Shown in pieces: positions 9,264 to 17,749 of a DNA stretch of 64,000 nt. This stretch comes from Anaerolineae bacterium. Its GTDB lineage: Bacteria; Chloroflexota; JAHJIN01. The translations under genes were made by a program, and so were the position numbers. The notes under the pieces were generated by a model. It ran no database searches. It worked only from the letters and a program-made list of their open reading frames with translations, and was not told the DNA's origin. Where the stretch lies: the NCBI GenBank assembly GCA_034435155.1, contig DAOTYG010000324.1, positions 13,622 to 77,621 of the forward strand, in the 5' to 3' direction. Numbering within the stretch: the first letter of the stretch is position 1; every line of letters starts with the position of its first letter.

Positions 9264-11210
9264 CTACCAAAGCAGCTTGCTCTCCTGGTTGGCCGGGTTC
9301 AGGTCCACGCCATAGACCAGGTTGTCGCAGCCGCCGAAGTAGACCCAGTTGTTAGCCGCTACCTCCATGTTGGAGTGCAGGTCGGCGTCCAACTGATATT
9401 GCTGATCCGACTGACCGCCGACTTTGGAGATGGCCTCAAAGTAGCCACGCCCCTGGTCGCCATAGACGCTGCCGGAGTGGGTCTGGCAGCCAAAATAGAC
9501 ATAGTCGGTGGCCAGGGCCGGCGAGCAGTGCCAGGCGGCCCGGTTTGGATAGGTGGTATCTGGTTGCTTCATCCCCAGGGTGATGGACCACACCAGGCTG
9601 GCCGAGGTGCCCTGGTCCAACAGCTTGTAGGCGGTGGCCTTTTCGCTGCTAAAGTAGACGTAGCGATTACCGCCCACCTCTTCTATCGCCGGGGTGCAGG
9701 AGAGCGCGTAGTTGGCCGCGTAGCTCCACTTCACCGCCCCCGTCTCTTTGTTGACGGCATATAGCTTGCCGTCCCGGCAGCCGATGTACAGGGTGTCCCC
9801 ATAGATGACCGGCGAGCCATCGAATCCCTCAAAGTTGTTGCTGGAGCTGATCTTGCTGCTCCACTTGACCTGACCGTTGGAATAGAAGGCATAGACCATA
9901 CCGTACGTGGCGCTGCCGCCGCTGCCGCAGCCGTCTTTGGGCTGGCTGCAGGCCATGTAGATGATGTCCGAACGACCACCCAGGCCGTGGTTGATGGCGT
10001 CCTGGTCTGTGCGAGTTTCTACCCAGGGGTTGACGTTGGTCCCGCCGAAGAGCTGGACCCGGCCGCTGGACCAGGACCCGCCAGAGACCGGCGTGCCGTC
10101 ATCCACGTCAAAGGCATACAGGTAACCGCCCCGGGAACCCACATAGACCACTTCGTTGTCACTGGAAAAGGCCGGCCGGGAGTCCACGTAGCTCTCGCCA
10201 TAGACGCCCTTGTGATAGCCCGGGGCCTGGATGTTCTTGGACCAGATCCGCTGCCCGGTGCTGCCGTCCAGGCAGTAAAGGTATCCCTTGCTGGAGGTGC
10301 CCCCATCGCCGGGGACGGTGATGAAATAGATCAGGGTTTTGCCGTTCCGGTTCAGCACCCGCACCTGCCCCTGGACCATGGGCCAGCGGTTGTTTTCGCC
10401 GGTGCTGGTGCTTTCCTCCGTCCACCCGTAGGTCGTGCCGGTCCCGTCTGTGGCCGGGCGGAACCGCCACCAGGCGTGGGTTTTCTTGCTGCCGTCCTGT
10501 TTGCCCAGGGCGTTCAGGCAGTAAAGGTAGCCGTCACGGCAGCCCACGTAGACCACCTCCCGGTTGCCGGCATACGGGTCCACGTAGTAGAACGGCGTGG
10601 CGTGCACGTCACCGCCGTAGGTGCGGAAGGTCCAGGTGACCTTGAAGATGCCCCGATAGCCGGCGGCGGCGGCGGTCACATCCACGTTATGAAATCCCAG
10701 GACACCGGCAAAGAACATCGAGGTGTTGCGCCGGGCATCCACCCGCACGCACATCTCCTTGGCGATGTCCTGGGCCTGAGAGATGGCATCCTGGTAAAAG
10801 ACCGTCACCGAGACCTCATCCCCGCCGATGGTGGTCGTATACCTGTAGTTCGTGCCAGAGCCGCCGTCCCAGTCGGGGTCAAAATCCGTGGTGGAATAGG
10901 ACTGTGGCACCGAGCCGGAATCCAACCCGATGTTGCGGGCGTAGCAGCCCAGGGCCTCCCGGGTGGCGTTCTTGACGGCTTCCCACTTTTCGGCGGCGGT
11001 GTCCACCGGGGCCGGGGTGCGGCGCGCGCCGGCCATCGTCGCCGCGTCCACGATGCCCTGCAGGTCCCGCTTGGTGTAGTACATATAGCCCACATCGGTG
11101 ACCAGCACCAGGAACCCGATCAGGGCCACGATGAGAAAGGCAAAGAGCACCACGTTCTGCCCGGCCTCTCGCTGCGATTGCTTGCACGTCCTCTGTTGTG
11201 GCTTGTTCAT
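9264..11210 (-). CDS. TadG/TadE-like pseudopilin N-terminal domain fused to PQQ-repeat beta-propeller (start revised to ATG 11208-11210)
   Basis: MNKPQQ...VVLFAFLIVALIGFLVLVTDVGYMYYTKRDLQG is a TadE/TadG-type N-terminus; downstream repeated PQQ-like blades (VVYVGCRDGYLYCL, VVYVGSRGGYLYAFD, LYIGCRDGKLYAVNKETGAVKW); AAGGAGGG RBS before the internal ATG. Confidence 0.75.
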   Translation of the reverse strand: MNKPQQRTCKQSQREAGQNVVLFAFLIVALIGFLVLVTDVGYMYYTKRDLQGIVDAATMAGARRTPAPVDTAAEKWEAVKNATREALGCYARNIGLDSGSVPQSYSTTDFDPDWDGGSGTNYRYTTTIGGDEVSVTVFYQDAISQAQDIAKEMCVRVDARRNTSMFFAGVLGFHNVDVTAAAAGYRGIFKVTWTFRTYGGDVHATPFYYVDPYAGNREVVYVGCRDGYLYCLNALGKQDGSKKTHAWWRFRPATDGTGTTYGWTEESTSTGENNRWPMVQGQVRVLNRNGKTLIYFITVPGDGGTSSKGYLYCLDGSTGQRIWSKNIQAPGYHKGVYGESYVDSRPAFSSDNEVVYVGSRGGYLYAFDVDDGTPVSGGSWSSGRVQLFGGTNVNPWVETRTDQDAINHGLGGRSDIIYMACSQPKDGCGSGGSATYGMVYAFYSNGQVKWSSKISSSNNFEGFDGSPVIYGDTLYIGCRDGKLYAVNKETGAVKWSYAANYALSCTPAIEEVGGNRYVYFSSEKATAYKLLDQGTSASLVWSITLGMKQPDTTYPNRAAWHCSPALATDYVYFGCQTHSGSVYGDQGRGYFEAISKVGGQSDQQYQLDADLHSNMEVAANNWVYFGGCDNLVYGVDLNPANQESKLLW

Positions 11211-11435
11211 CTCGATTCCCTCCTTCCGAAAATAACCCCCTCGCTCGCGGCGGTGACCACGTCTACGACCCCCGGCCCAGGCCGGACTGGGTGGCACAAG
11301 CCGTAGGGTATGCCAGCCGCCGTGCGAAGCACGCGGGGTCGCAGACCCCACGCGAGCACACCGGCGTATTTTCGTAAAATCGTGGGGGCCTTTCCAGGCT
11401 GCCCGCAGGCTAGAAAGCCTGCGCTACGCTGCGAC

Positions 11436-11960
11436 CTAGGGGCGCATGATCTCGATCCGCTGCCCCTGCAAGATGATCTCGTCGCCGGTGATCAGGTTGA
11501 TCATCGGCAGAAACACCGGCTGCCGATACGTAACCCGCACGCCGATATAGCCAAAAGTCTGGACCAACGTACACCGGCGGCCGTTCGTGAAATTGTATGG
11601 GCTACCCTGGTTTCCGTCCTTGTCCAGCACATCCTGATAGCTACCGATGCCCCCATCAGCCGTCGTCTCATAGATGGTAATGGCCTGGATGTTCTCCTTG
11701 CCCAGCCAGCCCAGGGCCTTGACGACAGCCTGGTAGATCTCCGTATTGTGATGTCCTGTCCCACTCAGCTTGCAGTATTCCTCCACCACGGCCTGGCGTG
11801 CGCCGGCGGCCGCGGCCTCGGTGAGGGTGATCTGGATCCCAAAGATGATGCCGAACATCATCAAGCCCATGACCATCAGGACGATCATGGGGAGCAGGAT
11901 GGCAAACTCCACCATGCTCTGGCCGTGGGGCCGATGCTGGTGGCGAGCATCATCAGACAT
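11436..11960 (-). CDS. TadE-like Flp pilus assembly protein
   Basis: N-terminus ...GQSMVEFAILLPMIVLMVMGLMMFGIIFG matches TadE (PF07811-like) signature; small size; within Tad cluster. Confidence 0.75.
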   Translation of the reverse strand: MSDDARHQHRPHGQSMVEFAILLPMIVLMVMGLMMFGIIFGIQITLTEAAAAGARQAVVEEYCKLSGTGHHNTEIYQAVVKALGWLGKENIQAITIYETTADGGIGSYQDVLDKDGNQGSPYNFTNGRRCTLVQTFGYIGVRVTYRQPVFLPMINLITGDEIILQGQRIEIMRP

Positions 11961-12077
11961 GGACACTATACCCTTTCCCTGTACCCTCCCGCAGGTTAGA
12001 AAACAACTGCCAACCGAGGTAGCCGGTCATTGGGGCGTAATCTGGTCCCCTCCAACCTGCGGCAGGGTGGGCACCAG

Positions 12078-12622
12078 TTATTCGATCCGCCGGCTTTCCC
12101 GCACCCGGAGCTGGATCGTGTCGCTGGACTTGAACACAAACCCATCGCCCGTGGGTACCGGATACCACACCGGCACGATGACCGGCTGGGCATAGACGAT
12201 CTCCACGCCCAGGCCGGTATTGGATTGCCGCAGGTAATTGGTGAAATTGCCGCTGATCAAGGCCCCGGTGGCCGGGTTGATCTGGTCTTTGATGCTGGAG
12301 ATCGTCCCATCTGCGTTGGGCTGGTAAATGGTGATGGACTGGACCTGGCCCATGCCCAGCCAGCTCATGTTCTGCACAATGGCCTGGTAAATCTCGGTGT
12401 TCTGGTGGTCGTTTACTGGATATTCCGCATAGTTCACCACCGAGCCGGCCCGTGCTCCGGCGGCGGCCGCGTTCGCCAGGGTGACCTGGGCGTTAAAGAT
12501 GAACCCAAAGGCAAAGATGCCCATCACGATCAACAGGACCAGGGGCAGGATCAACGCGAACTCGAGCATCTGCTGCCCGTGTGATTGATGGACACCGTGG
12601 AGGAAGCGCTGGCATCCGCTCA
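12078..12622 (-). CDS. TadE-like Flp pilus assembly protein (second paralog; start at internal ATG 12620-12622)
   Basis: ...GQQMLEFALILPLVLLIVMGIFAFGFIF TadE-like N-terminus; same REP-containing upstream motif as the neighbouring TadE gene. Confidence 0.7.
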
Positions 12623-12640
12623 TTGGCTCTGAATTGTCCT

Positions 12641-12680
12641 TTCCCTGCTGCCTGCCCTGAACCCTCCCGCAGGTTAGAAA
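12641..12680. repeat. REP-like motif CTGCCTGCCCTGAACCCTCCCGCAGGTTAGAAAGGG (family CCCTCCCGCAGG)
   Basis: Same ~35-mer at 26401-26437; related copies at 11975-11998, 24155-24190, 34473-34502, 34649-34682, 53435-53481, 54470-54492, 62458-62475. Confidence 0.85.
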
Positions 12681-13002
12681 GGGACTCCGGGGATTGGGGT
12701 AATGACTAACAACAATCCAATTTGCAGGTATATTATATATCATATTGGTGTAACGAGCAATAGGAAAATAGTACCAGGGGACTGGTCTCTTGAAGCCATT
12801 TTTCAGGCCGGGGCGGGTTTTACTACCGGACACTTTTCAATCACGAATGATGCGAATGGACGAATGGCACGAATTGGTATAAAAAACATTCGTGAGATTT
12901 GCCAGATTCGGGTCATTCGTGATGAAACTTGCGAAAATGTCCAGTAGTGAAGGGCGGGTCAGGAGGTAACCGCACGTCAATGGGGCCTGCCGCGAATGGT
13001 CC

Positions 13003-15771
13003 CTAGTGGCCCAAGGCTTCCAGCAGGCGCGCCGGGGTGGCCGGCAGCCGGGTGATGCGCACGCCAGTAGCGGCGTGGATGGCGTTGGTGATGGCCGGCG
13101 TGGTGGGGATGCTGGTGATCTCGCCCACACCCTTGGCCCCGTAGGGGCCGGCCGCGGCCGGCGATTCGACGATGATGGGCGTGATCTGGGGCCGCTGCTC
13201 GATGGTGGGTATCCTGTAGCGGCCCAACGAATCGTTGCGGACCAGCCCTTCCTCCAGGTCCAGCTCCTCCTGGAGCGCATAGCCCAGCCCCATGAGCACG
13301 CCGCCTTCCAATTGCCCTTCCACGCCCAACGGGTTGATGGCCTTGCCCACGTCGTGGGCGGCGATGACCCGCAACACTCGCACCTGGCCGGTCGCCAGGT
13401 CCACCTCCACCTCGGCGGCCTGGGTGCCATAGCCGTAGGCGAAGTGGGTGTCGCCGGGGGTCTCCACCGGCACGGTGGGCGGCGCGGTGTAGATGGCCTG
13501 ACACCGGGTGGGCCGGCCCTCGCGGTGGGCCAGGGCCACTACTTCCGCCAGGGTCAAGGTCTGATCTCTGACCGCCGACCGCTGACCGCTGCCGACTGAG
13601 GACTGAGGACTGAAGACTGAGGACAGATCAAAGACCAGAGTGTCCGGCGGCGCGCCCAACTCCTCGGCCGCGGCCCCGGCCAACGATTCCCGCAGGCGGA
13701 TGGCGGCCAGGCGCACAGCATTGCCGGTGATGAACGTCTGCCGGGAGGCGGTGGTGGCCCCCCCATCGAGGGTCTGGCCGGTGTCGCCCAGGATGACCTC
13801 CACGTGGTCGTAGGGCACGCCCAATTCCTGAGCCGCGATCTGGGCTAACACGGCTGGCAGGCCCTGGCCCATCTCGGCAGCCCCGGCCCGCACGATGCAG
13901 CGGCCGTCGGCGGTCAATTCCACCTCAGCCCCGGCCGAATCCGGCAGCGGCCCGCCCAGCCCCACGTTTTTGAAGGCGCAGGCCACACCCCAGCCCCGGC
14001 GCTTGCCGGGATCGGCTGGCTGCGAGGGGCCGGCCGCCTTCAGCGCCTTCTCCACCGCCTCGATGGTCTCCAGCAGGCCCACGCTCTCGCGCAGCACCTG
14101 GCCGGTGGCGATGGTGGAGCCGACCCGGACCGCGTTGCGGCGGCGCAGTTCCAGCGGGTCCATCCCCAACCGTTCGGCCAGGATGTCCATCTGCGTCTCG
14201 CAGGCGAAACAGGCCTGGGGCACGCCGAAGCCGCGCAGCGCGCCGGCCGGGGGATTGTTGGTGTACATGGCGTAGGAATCAATGCGCACATTGGGCACTT
14301 CATAGGGGCCGGCGGCATGGGTGGCCGTGCGGGCCATGACGAACTCGCCCAGGGAGGCGTAGGCCCCGGTGTCGCCCAGGATTTCGACCTCCACCGCCAG
14401 CAGTTTGCCCTCGCGCGTGGCCCCGGTCTTGTAGCGGATGGTGGTGGCGTGGCGTTTGGGGTGGTAGCGTAGCGAATCCTGGCGGGTGTAGACGAGTTGC
14501 ACCGGCCGGCCGGTGACCACGGCCGCCAGGGCCGCGTGGATCTGCACGGAGATGTCCTCCTTGCCCCCAAAGGCCCCGCCCACGGCCGGCTGGATGATGC
14601 GCACCTTCTCCTCTGGCAGGGCCAGGCTGGCCGCCACCTGCGCCCGATCCTTGAAGGGGATCTGCGACCCCACGTAGACCGTCACGCCACCGTCGTCGGC
14701 CGGGACGGCCACGGCCGCCTCCGGCTCCAGGAAGGCATGGTCGGTGGCCGGGGTGTGATAGACCTGCTCGATGACCACGTCGGCCTGGGCGAAAGCGGCG
14801 TCCACGTCGCCCCGTTCCACGTGGGTGTGCTTGAGCAGGTTGCCGCCGGGGTGCAACTGAGGCGCGTCCGGCCGGCGGGCCTCCTCTGGCGAGAAGACGG
14901 CCGGCAACGGCTCATAGTCCACAGCGATGAGGGGCAGCGCGGCCTCGGCCTGGGCCGCCGTCTCCGCCACGACGATGGCGAGGGCGTCGCCCCGGTAGCG
15001 GACCACGTCATACGCCAGGACCGGCCAGTCGTTGCGGGCCACGCCGTGGTTCTTGTTGCCCGGCACGTCGGCGGCGGTGAGGACGGCCACGACGCCGGGG
15101 GTGGCCTGGGCCTGGCTCGTGTCAATGCCCCGGATGCGGGCGTGGGGATGGGCGGAGCGCAGCACTTTGGCATGGAGCAACCCCGGAAAACGGTAATCGG
15201 CGGCAAAGAGGGCGGCCCCGGTGGCCTTGGCGACGGCGTCGGGCCGGGGCAACCGTTGGCCCACGACCGCCGATGGCCGACCGCTGACCACGGGTTCTGG
15301 GGCCGGCCGCAGCCCGGCGGCTACCTGGATCGCCTCCACAATCTTAGCGTAGCCGGTGCAGCGGCAGAGGTTCCGCTTGAGGGCCTGTTCGATCTCCTCT
15401 TCCGTGGGGGCGGGATTCTGGTCCAGCAGGGCCTTGGCGGCCATGATCATCCCCGGCGTGCAGAACCCGCACTGGATGGCTCCCTGCTCCACAAAGGCTC
15501 GTTGGAGTGGGTGCAACTCGCCATCCCGGGCCAGCCCTTCAATAGTTTCTACTGTGGCGCCATCGGCGCGTCGGGCCAGGGTCACACAAGATCGCACGGC
15601 CTGGCCGTTCAGGATCACGGTGCAGGCCCCGCAATGCCCCTGGCCGCAGCCGTTCTTGGTCCCGGTGAGACCCAGCTCATCACGCAGGACTTCCAGCAGG
15701 GTGGTGCGCGGGCCGATTTTGACCTGCTGGGGGACGCCGTTGACGGTGAGGCGAATGGTCTGGGTGCTCAT
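13003..15771 (-). CDS. Molybdopterin-dependent aldehyde oxidoreductase / xanthine dehydrogenase family, fused [2Fe-2S] and Mo-cofactor subunits (Mop-like, no FAD subunit)
   Basis: N-terminal 2Fe-2S cysteine motifs (CGQGHCGAC, CGFCTPG, CRCTGY) then the large Mo-binding subunit (GGAFGGKE, GVGE... motifs); 922 aa resembles the D. gigas Mop architecture. Confidence 0.85.
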   Translation of the reverse strand: MSTQTIRLTVNGVPQQVKIGPRTTLLEVLRDELGLTGTKNGCGQGHCGACTVILNGQAVRSCVTLARRADGATVETIEGLARDGELHPLQRAFVEQGAIQCGFCTPGMIMAAKALLDQNPAPTEEEIEQALKRNLCRCTGYAKIVEAIQVAAGLRPAPEPVVSGRPSAVVGQRLPRPDAVAKATGAALFAADYRFPGLLHAKVLRSAHPHARIRGIDTSQAQATPGVVAVLTAADVPGNKNHGVARNDWPVLAYDVVRYRGDALAIVVAETAAQAEAALPLIAVDYEPLPAVFSPEEARRPDAPQLHPGGNLLKHTHVERGDVDAAFAQADVVIEQVYHTPATDHAFLEPEAAVAVPADDGGVTVYVGSQIPFKDRAQVAASLALPEEKVRIIQPAVGGAFGGKEDISVQIHAALAAVVTGRPVQLVYTRQDSLRYHPKRHATTIRYKTGATREGKLLAVEVEILGDTGAYASLGEFVMARTATHAAGPYEVPNVRIDSYAMYTNNPPAGALRGFGVPQACFACETQMDILAERLGMDPLELRRRNAVRVGSTIATGQVLRESVGLLETIEAVEKALKAAGPSQPADPGKRRGWGVACAFKNVGLGGPLPDSAGAEVELTADGRCIVRAGAAEMGQGLPAVLAQIAAQELGVPYDHVEVILGDTGQTLDGGATTASRQTFITGNAVRLAAIRLRESLAGAAAEELGAPPDTLVFDLSSVFSPQSSVGSGQRSAVRDQTLTLAEVVALAHREGRPTRCQAIYTAPPTVPVETPGDTHFAYGYGTQAAEVEVDLATGQVRVLRVIAAHDVGKAINPLGVEGQLEGGVLMGLGYALQEELDLEEGLVRNDSLGRYRIPTIEQRPQITPIIVESPAAAGPYGAKGVGEITSIPTTPAITNAIHAATGVRITRLPATPARLLEALGH
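13563..13620. repeat. In-frame low-complexity short-repeat insertion (GACCGCTGACCGCTGCCGACTGAGGACTGAGGACTGAAGACTGAGGAC) inside the Mo-oxidoreductase CDS
   Basis: Encodes SVFSPQSSVGSGQRSAVRDQ, compositionally unlike the flanking conserved enzyme sequence. Confidence 0.8.
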
Positions 15772-15785
15772 GAGGACTCCTGTGA

Positions 15786-15832
15786 CACGTGTTGCGTGTT
15801 ACGTGTTCCGTGTTTCGTGTTGCGTGTTACGT
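15786..15832. repeat. Heptanucleotide repeat (GTGTTNC)x6
   Basis: Immediately upstream of the Mo-oxidoreductase start codon (minus strand). Confidence 0.9.
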
Positions 15833-15972
15833 GGCCGGGGTGATTATAGCACCGGTGTTGTAGGGTTGTCAAACCGGCCTTGACCCCGACGCAGAAATGT
15901 GGCATGATCGGGTGGGAGAACACGGATGCCGGGAAAACAGCGGATGAGCGGGGACCGGTTGGGAGCTGAACC

Positions 15973-16473
15973 ATGCCTGAGGATTTGTTGATCTACACCG
16001 TGGGGCATAGTGACCATGACATAGCGACGTTGGTGGGTTTGTTGCGTCGGCACGGGATCACGCGGGTGGCCGACGTGCGCAGCCAGCCGTATAGTCGGTG
16101 GACGCCGCAGTTCAACCGGGAGACGCTGGCCCGGGACCTGCGGGAAGCGGGCATTGGCTATCAGTTCATGGGCGACGCGCTGGGCGGCCGGCCGACCGAT
16201 CCGGCCCTGTATGACCCCGGCCAGGATCGGCCCGATTACCGGCGCGTGGCGCAGACGCAGACGTACCAGCAGGGCATTGACCAACTGCTGGCCCTGGCCC
16301 GGACCGGCCGGGTGGCTATCCTGTGCAGCGAGGGCGACCATCGGCAGTGCCACCGGCACCGGCTCATCGCCCAGACTTTGCTAGAACGCGGCGTCCGGGT
16401 GCAACACATCCAGCCGGACGGGACGACAGTTGAAGGGGAATCCATCCCGCAGCAGCTCTCGCTATTCGAGTAG
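15973..16473 (+). CDS. DUF488 family protein
   Basis: Sequence pattern IYTVGHS...; DUF488-like by recollection, low-complexity ends. Confidence 0.7.
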   Translation: MPEDLLIYTVGHSDHDIATLVGLLRRHGITRVADVRSQPYSRWTPQFNRETLARDLREAGIGYQFMGDALGGRPTDPALYDPGQDRPDYRRVAQTQTYQQGIDQLLALARTGRVAILCSEGDHRQCHRHRLIAQTLLERGVRVQHIQPDGTTVEGESIPQQLSLFE

Positions 16474-16483
16474 GAGAGGAAGA

Positions 16484-16924
16484 ATGCCTGCCATTTTCAC
16501 TATCGGCTACAAGGGCAAAGCGCTGGAGTCATTCATTGGTCAGTTGCGCGAGGCCGGCGTGGACGCGGTGATTGACGTGCGGCTGCGCAATACCTCGCAC
16601 CTGGCCGGCTACACCAAGCGGGACGACCTGGCCTTCCTGCTGCGCGAGGGGTTTGGCATCGCCTACGAGCACCGGCCGGAGCTGGCCCCCACCGATGACA
16701 TCCTGGACGCCTACCACGCCGACGAGGACTGGGCAGACTACGAGGCTCGCTTCCTCCCGCTGCTGCGCGAACGGGCCGCCGAGACTGTAGGGTCGGAGGT
16801 GCTGGCCCGGTATCGCGCCCCGTGTCTTCTCTGTGCGGAGCCGACGGCCGAACACTGCCATCGCCGGCTGGTGGCCGAGCATTGGGCGGCGCACACGCCG
16901 GGGTTGATCATCGTTCACTTGTAG
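16484..16924 (+). CDS. DUF488 family protein, tandem paralog (start at internal ATG with GGAGAGGA RBS)
   Basis: MPAIFTIGYKG... parallels the upstream DUF488 gene; C-terminal CxxC...HCHR motif shared by both. Confidence 0.7.
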   Translation: MPAIFTIGYKGKALESFIGQLREAGVDAVIDVRLRNTSHLAGYTKRDDLAFLLREGFGIAYEHRPELAPTDDILDAYHADEDWADYEARFLPLLRERAAETVGSEVLARYRAPCLLCAEPTAEHCHRRLVAEHWAAHTPGLIIVHL

Positions 16925-17017
16925 TGCGGCAGCGGATGAAGAGCGGAAAAGTGGATACGCTATGCTTTCATCTGCTTATACGCTCCCATCCGTTGCGGTC
17001 AGCGAAAGGGATACCCC

Positions 17018-17749
17018 ATGCCCACCCAGGAAGTCCTCATCCTGGCAATGAGCCAGATGCTCAGCGGCATCTGTACGGCCGGCTTCACCCGCGAGCCGGA
17101 TCCCATCACCGGCCTGCGTTGGGTCCGTCCAGTCCGCGAGTTCGGCGCGCTCCTGCCCGGCGACCTCACCGACGCGGCCGGCCGCCTGGTCCAGTGCGGC
17201 GACGTGGTGGAGCTGAACCTGCTGGCCCCGCGTCCAGCCCTGCCCCACGTGGAGGATTGGACGGCCGACTTTGTCCGGCATCGGCCCCGGCTGCTGCGCC
17301 GGTTGGAGGGCGAGAAACGGGCGCGCTTCCTGGCCGGGCACCTGGACCGCGCCCCGGCCGACGTGTTGGTGCGCCAGACCCGCTCGCTCTGCCTGGTGCG
17401 GCCGGAGCAGGTCTGGGCGCGCTTCTCGCTGGACGCCTACTCTGGCAAGTACGAGGCCGGGCTGGGATTCACACTACCAGGCGGCGTCGGCCACCCCCAG
17501 GCGGCCAGCCCGCGCGGTATCTCCGTGACCGATTTGAAGTGGCGAGCGTTGGGCCGGGCCTGGCTGATGGCAGAGACCGGCAGCACGCTCACCCTGGACC
17601 ACGATGCCCTCTGCGAGCGGTTGAGCGCTGAGACCCTTTACCTGACCGTGGGGCTGAGCCGGGCCTGGCAGGGGCAGTATTGGCCGCTCGTCGTCGGCGT
17701 GCACGTCGTCCCGGACTATGAGATGGAGGTAGACCATGCCAACCTCTGA
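17018..17749 (+). CDS. Hypothetical protein, translationally coupled to TPR-RecQ
   Basis: 243-aa ORF with ATG and upstream purine-rich RBS; no recognisable motifs; 14-nt overlap with the downstream helicase start. Confidence 0.55.
   Translation: MPTQEVLILAMSQMLSGICTAGFTREPDPITGLRWVRPVREFGALLPGDLTDAAGRLVQCGDVVELNLLAPRPALPHVEDWTADFVRHRPRLLRRLEGEKRARFLAGHLDRAPADVLVRQTRSLCLVRPEQVWARFSLDAYSGKYEAGLGFTLPGGVGHPQAASPRGISVTDLKWRALGRAWLMAETGSTLTLDHDALCERLSAETLYLTVGLSRAWQGQYWPLVVGVHVVPDYEMEVDHANL

Noticed and set aside
9987-11306. 439-aa plus-strand ORF
   Set aside because: Antisense to the TadG-PQQ gene, with no RBS or start context.
9264-11351. 695-aa form of the TadG-like ORF
   Set aside because: The first 47 codons overlap the REP hairpin and lack an RBS, whereas the internal ATG at 11210 has AAGGAGGG.
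14497-15843. 448-aa plus-strand ORF
   Set aside because: Antisense to the Mo-oxidoreductase gene, Gly/Arg/Asp-rich.
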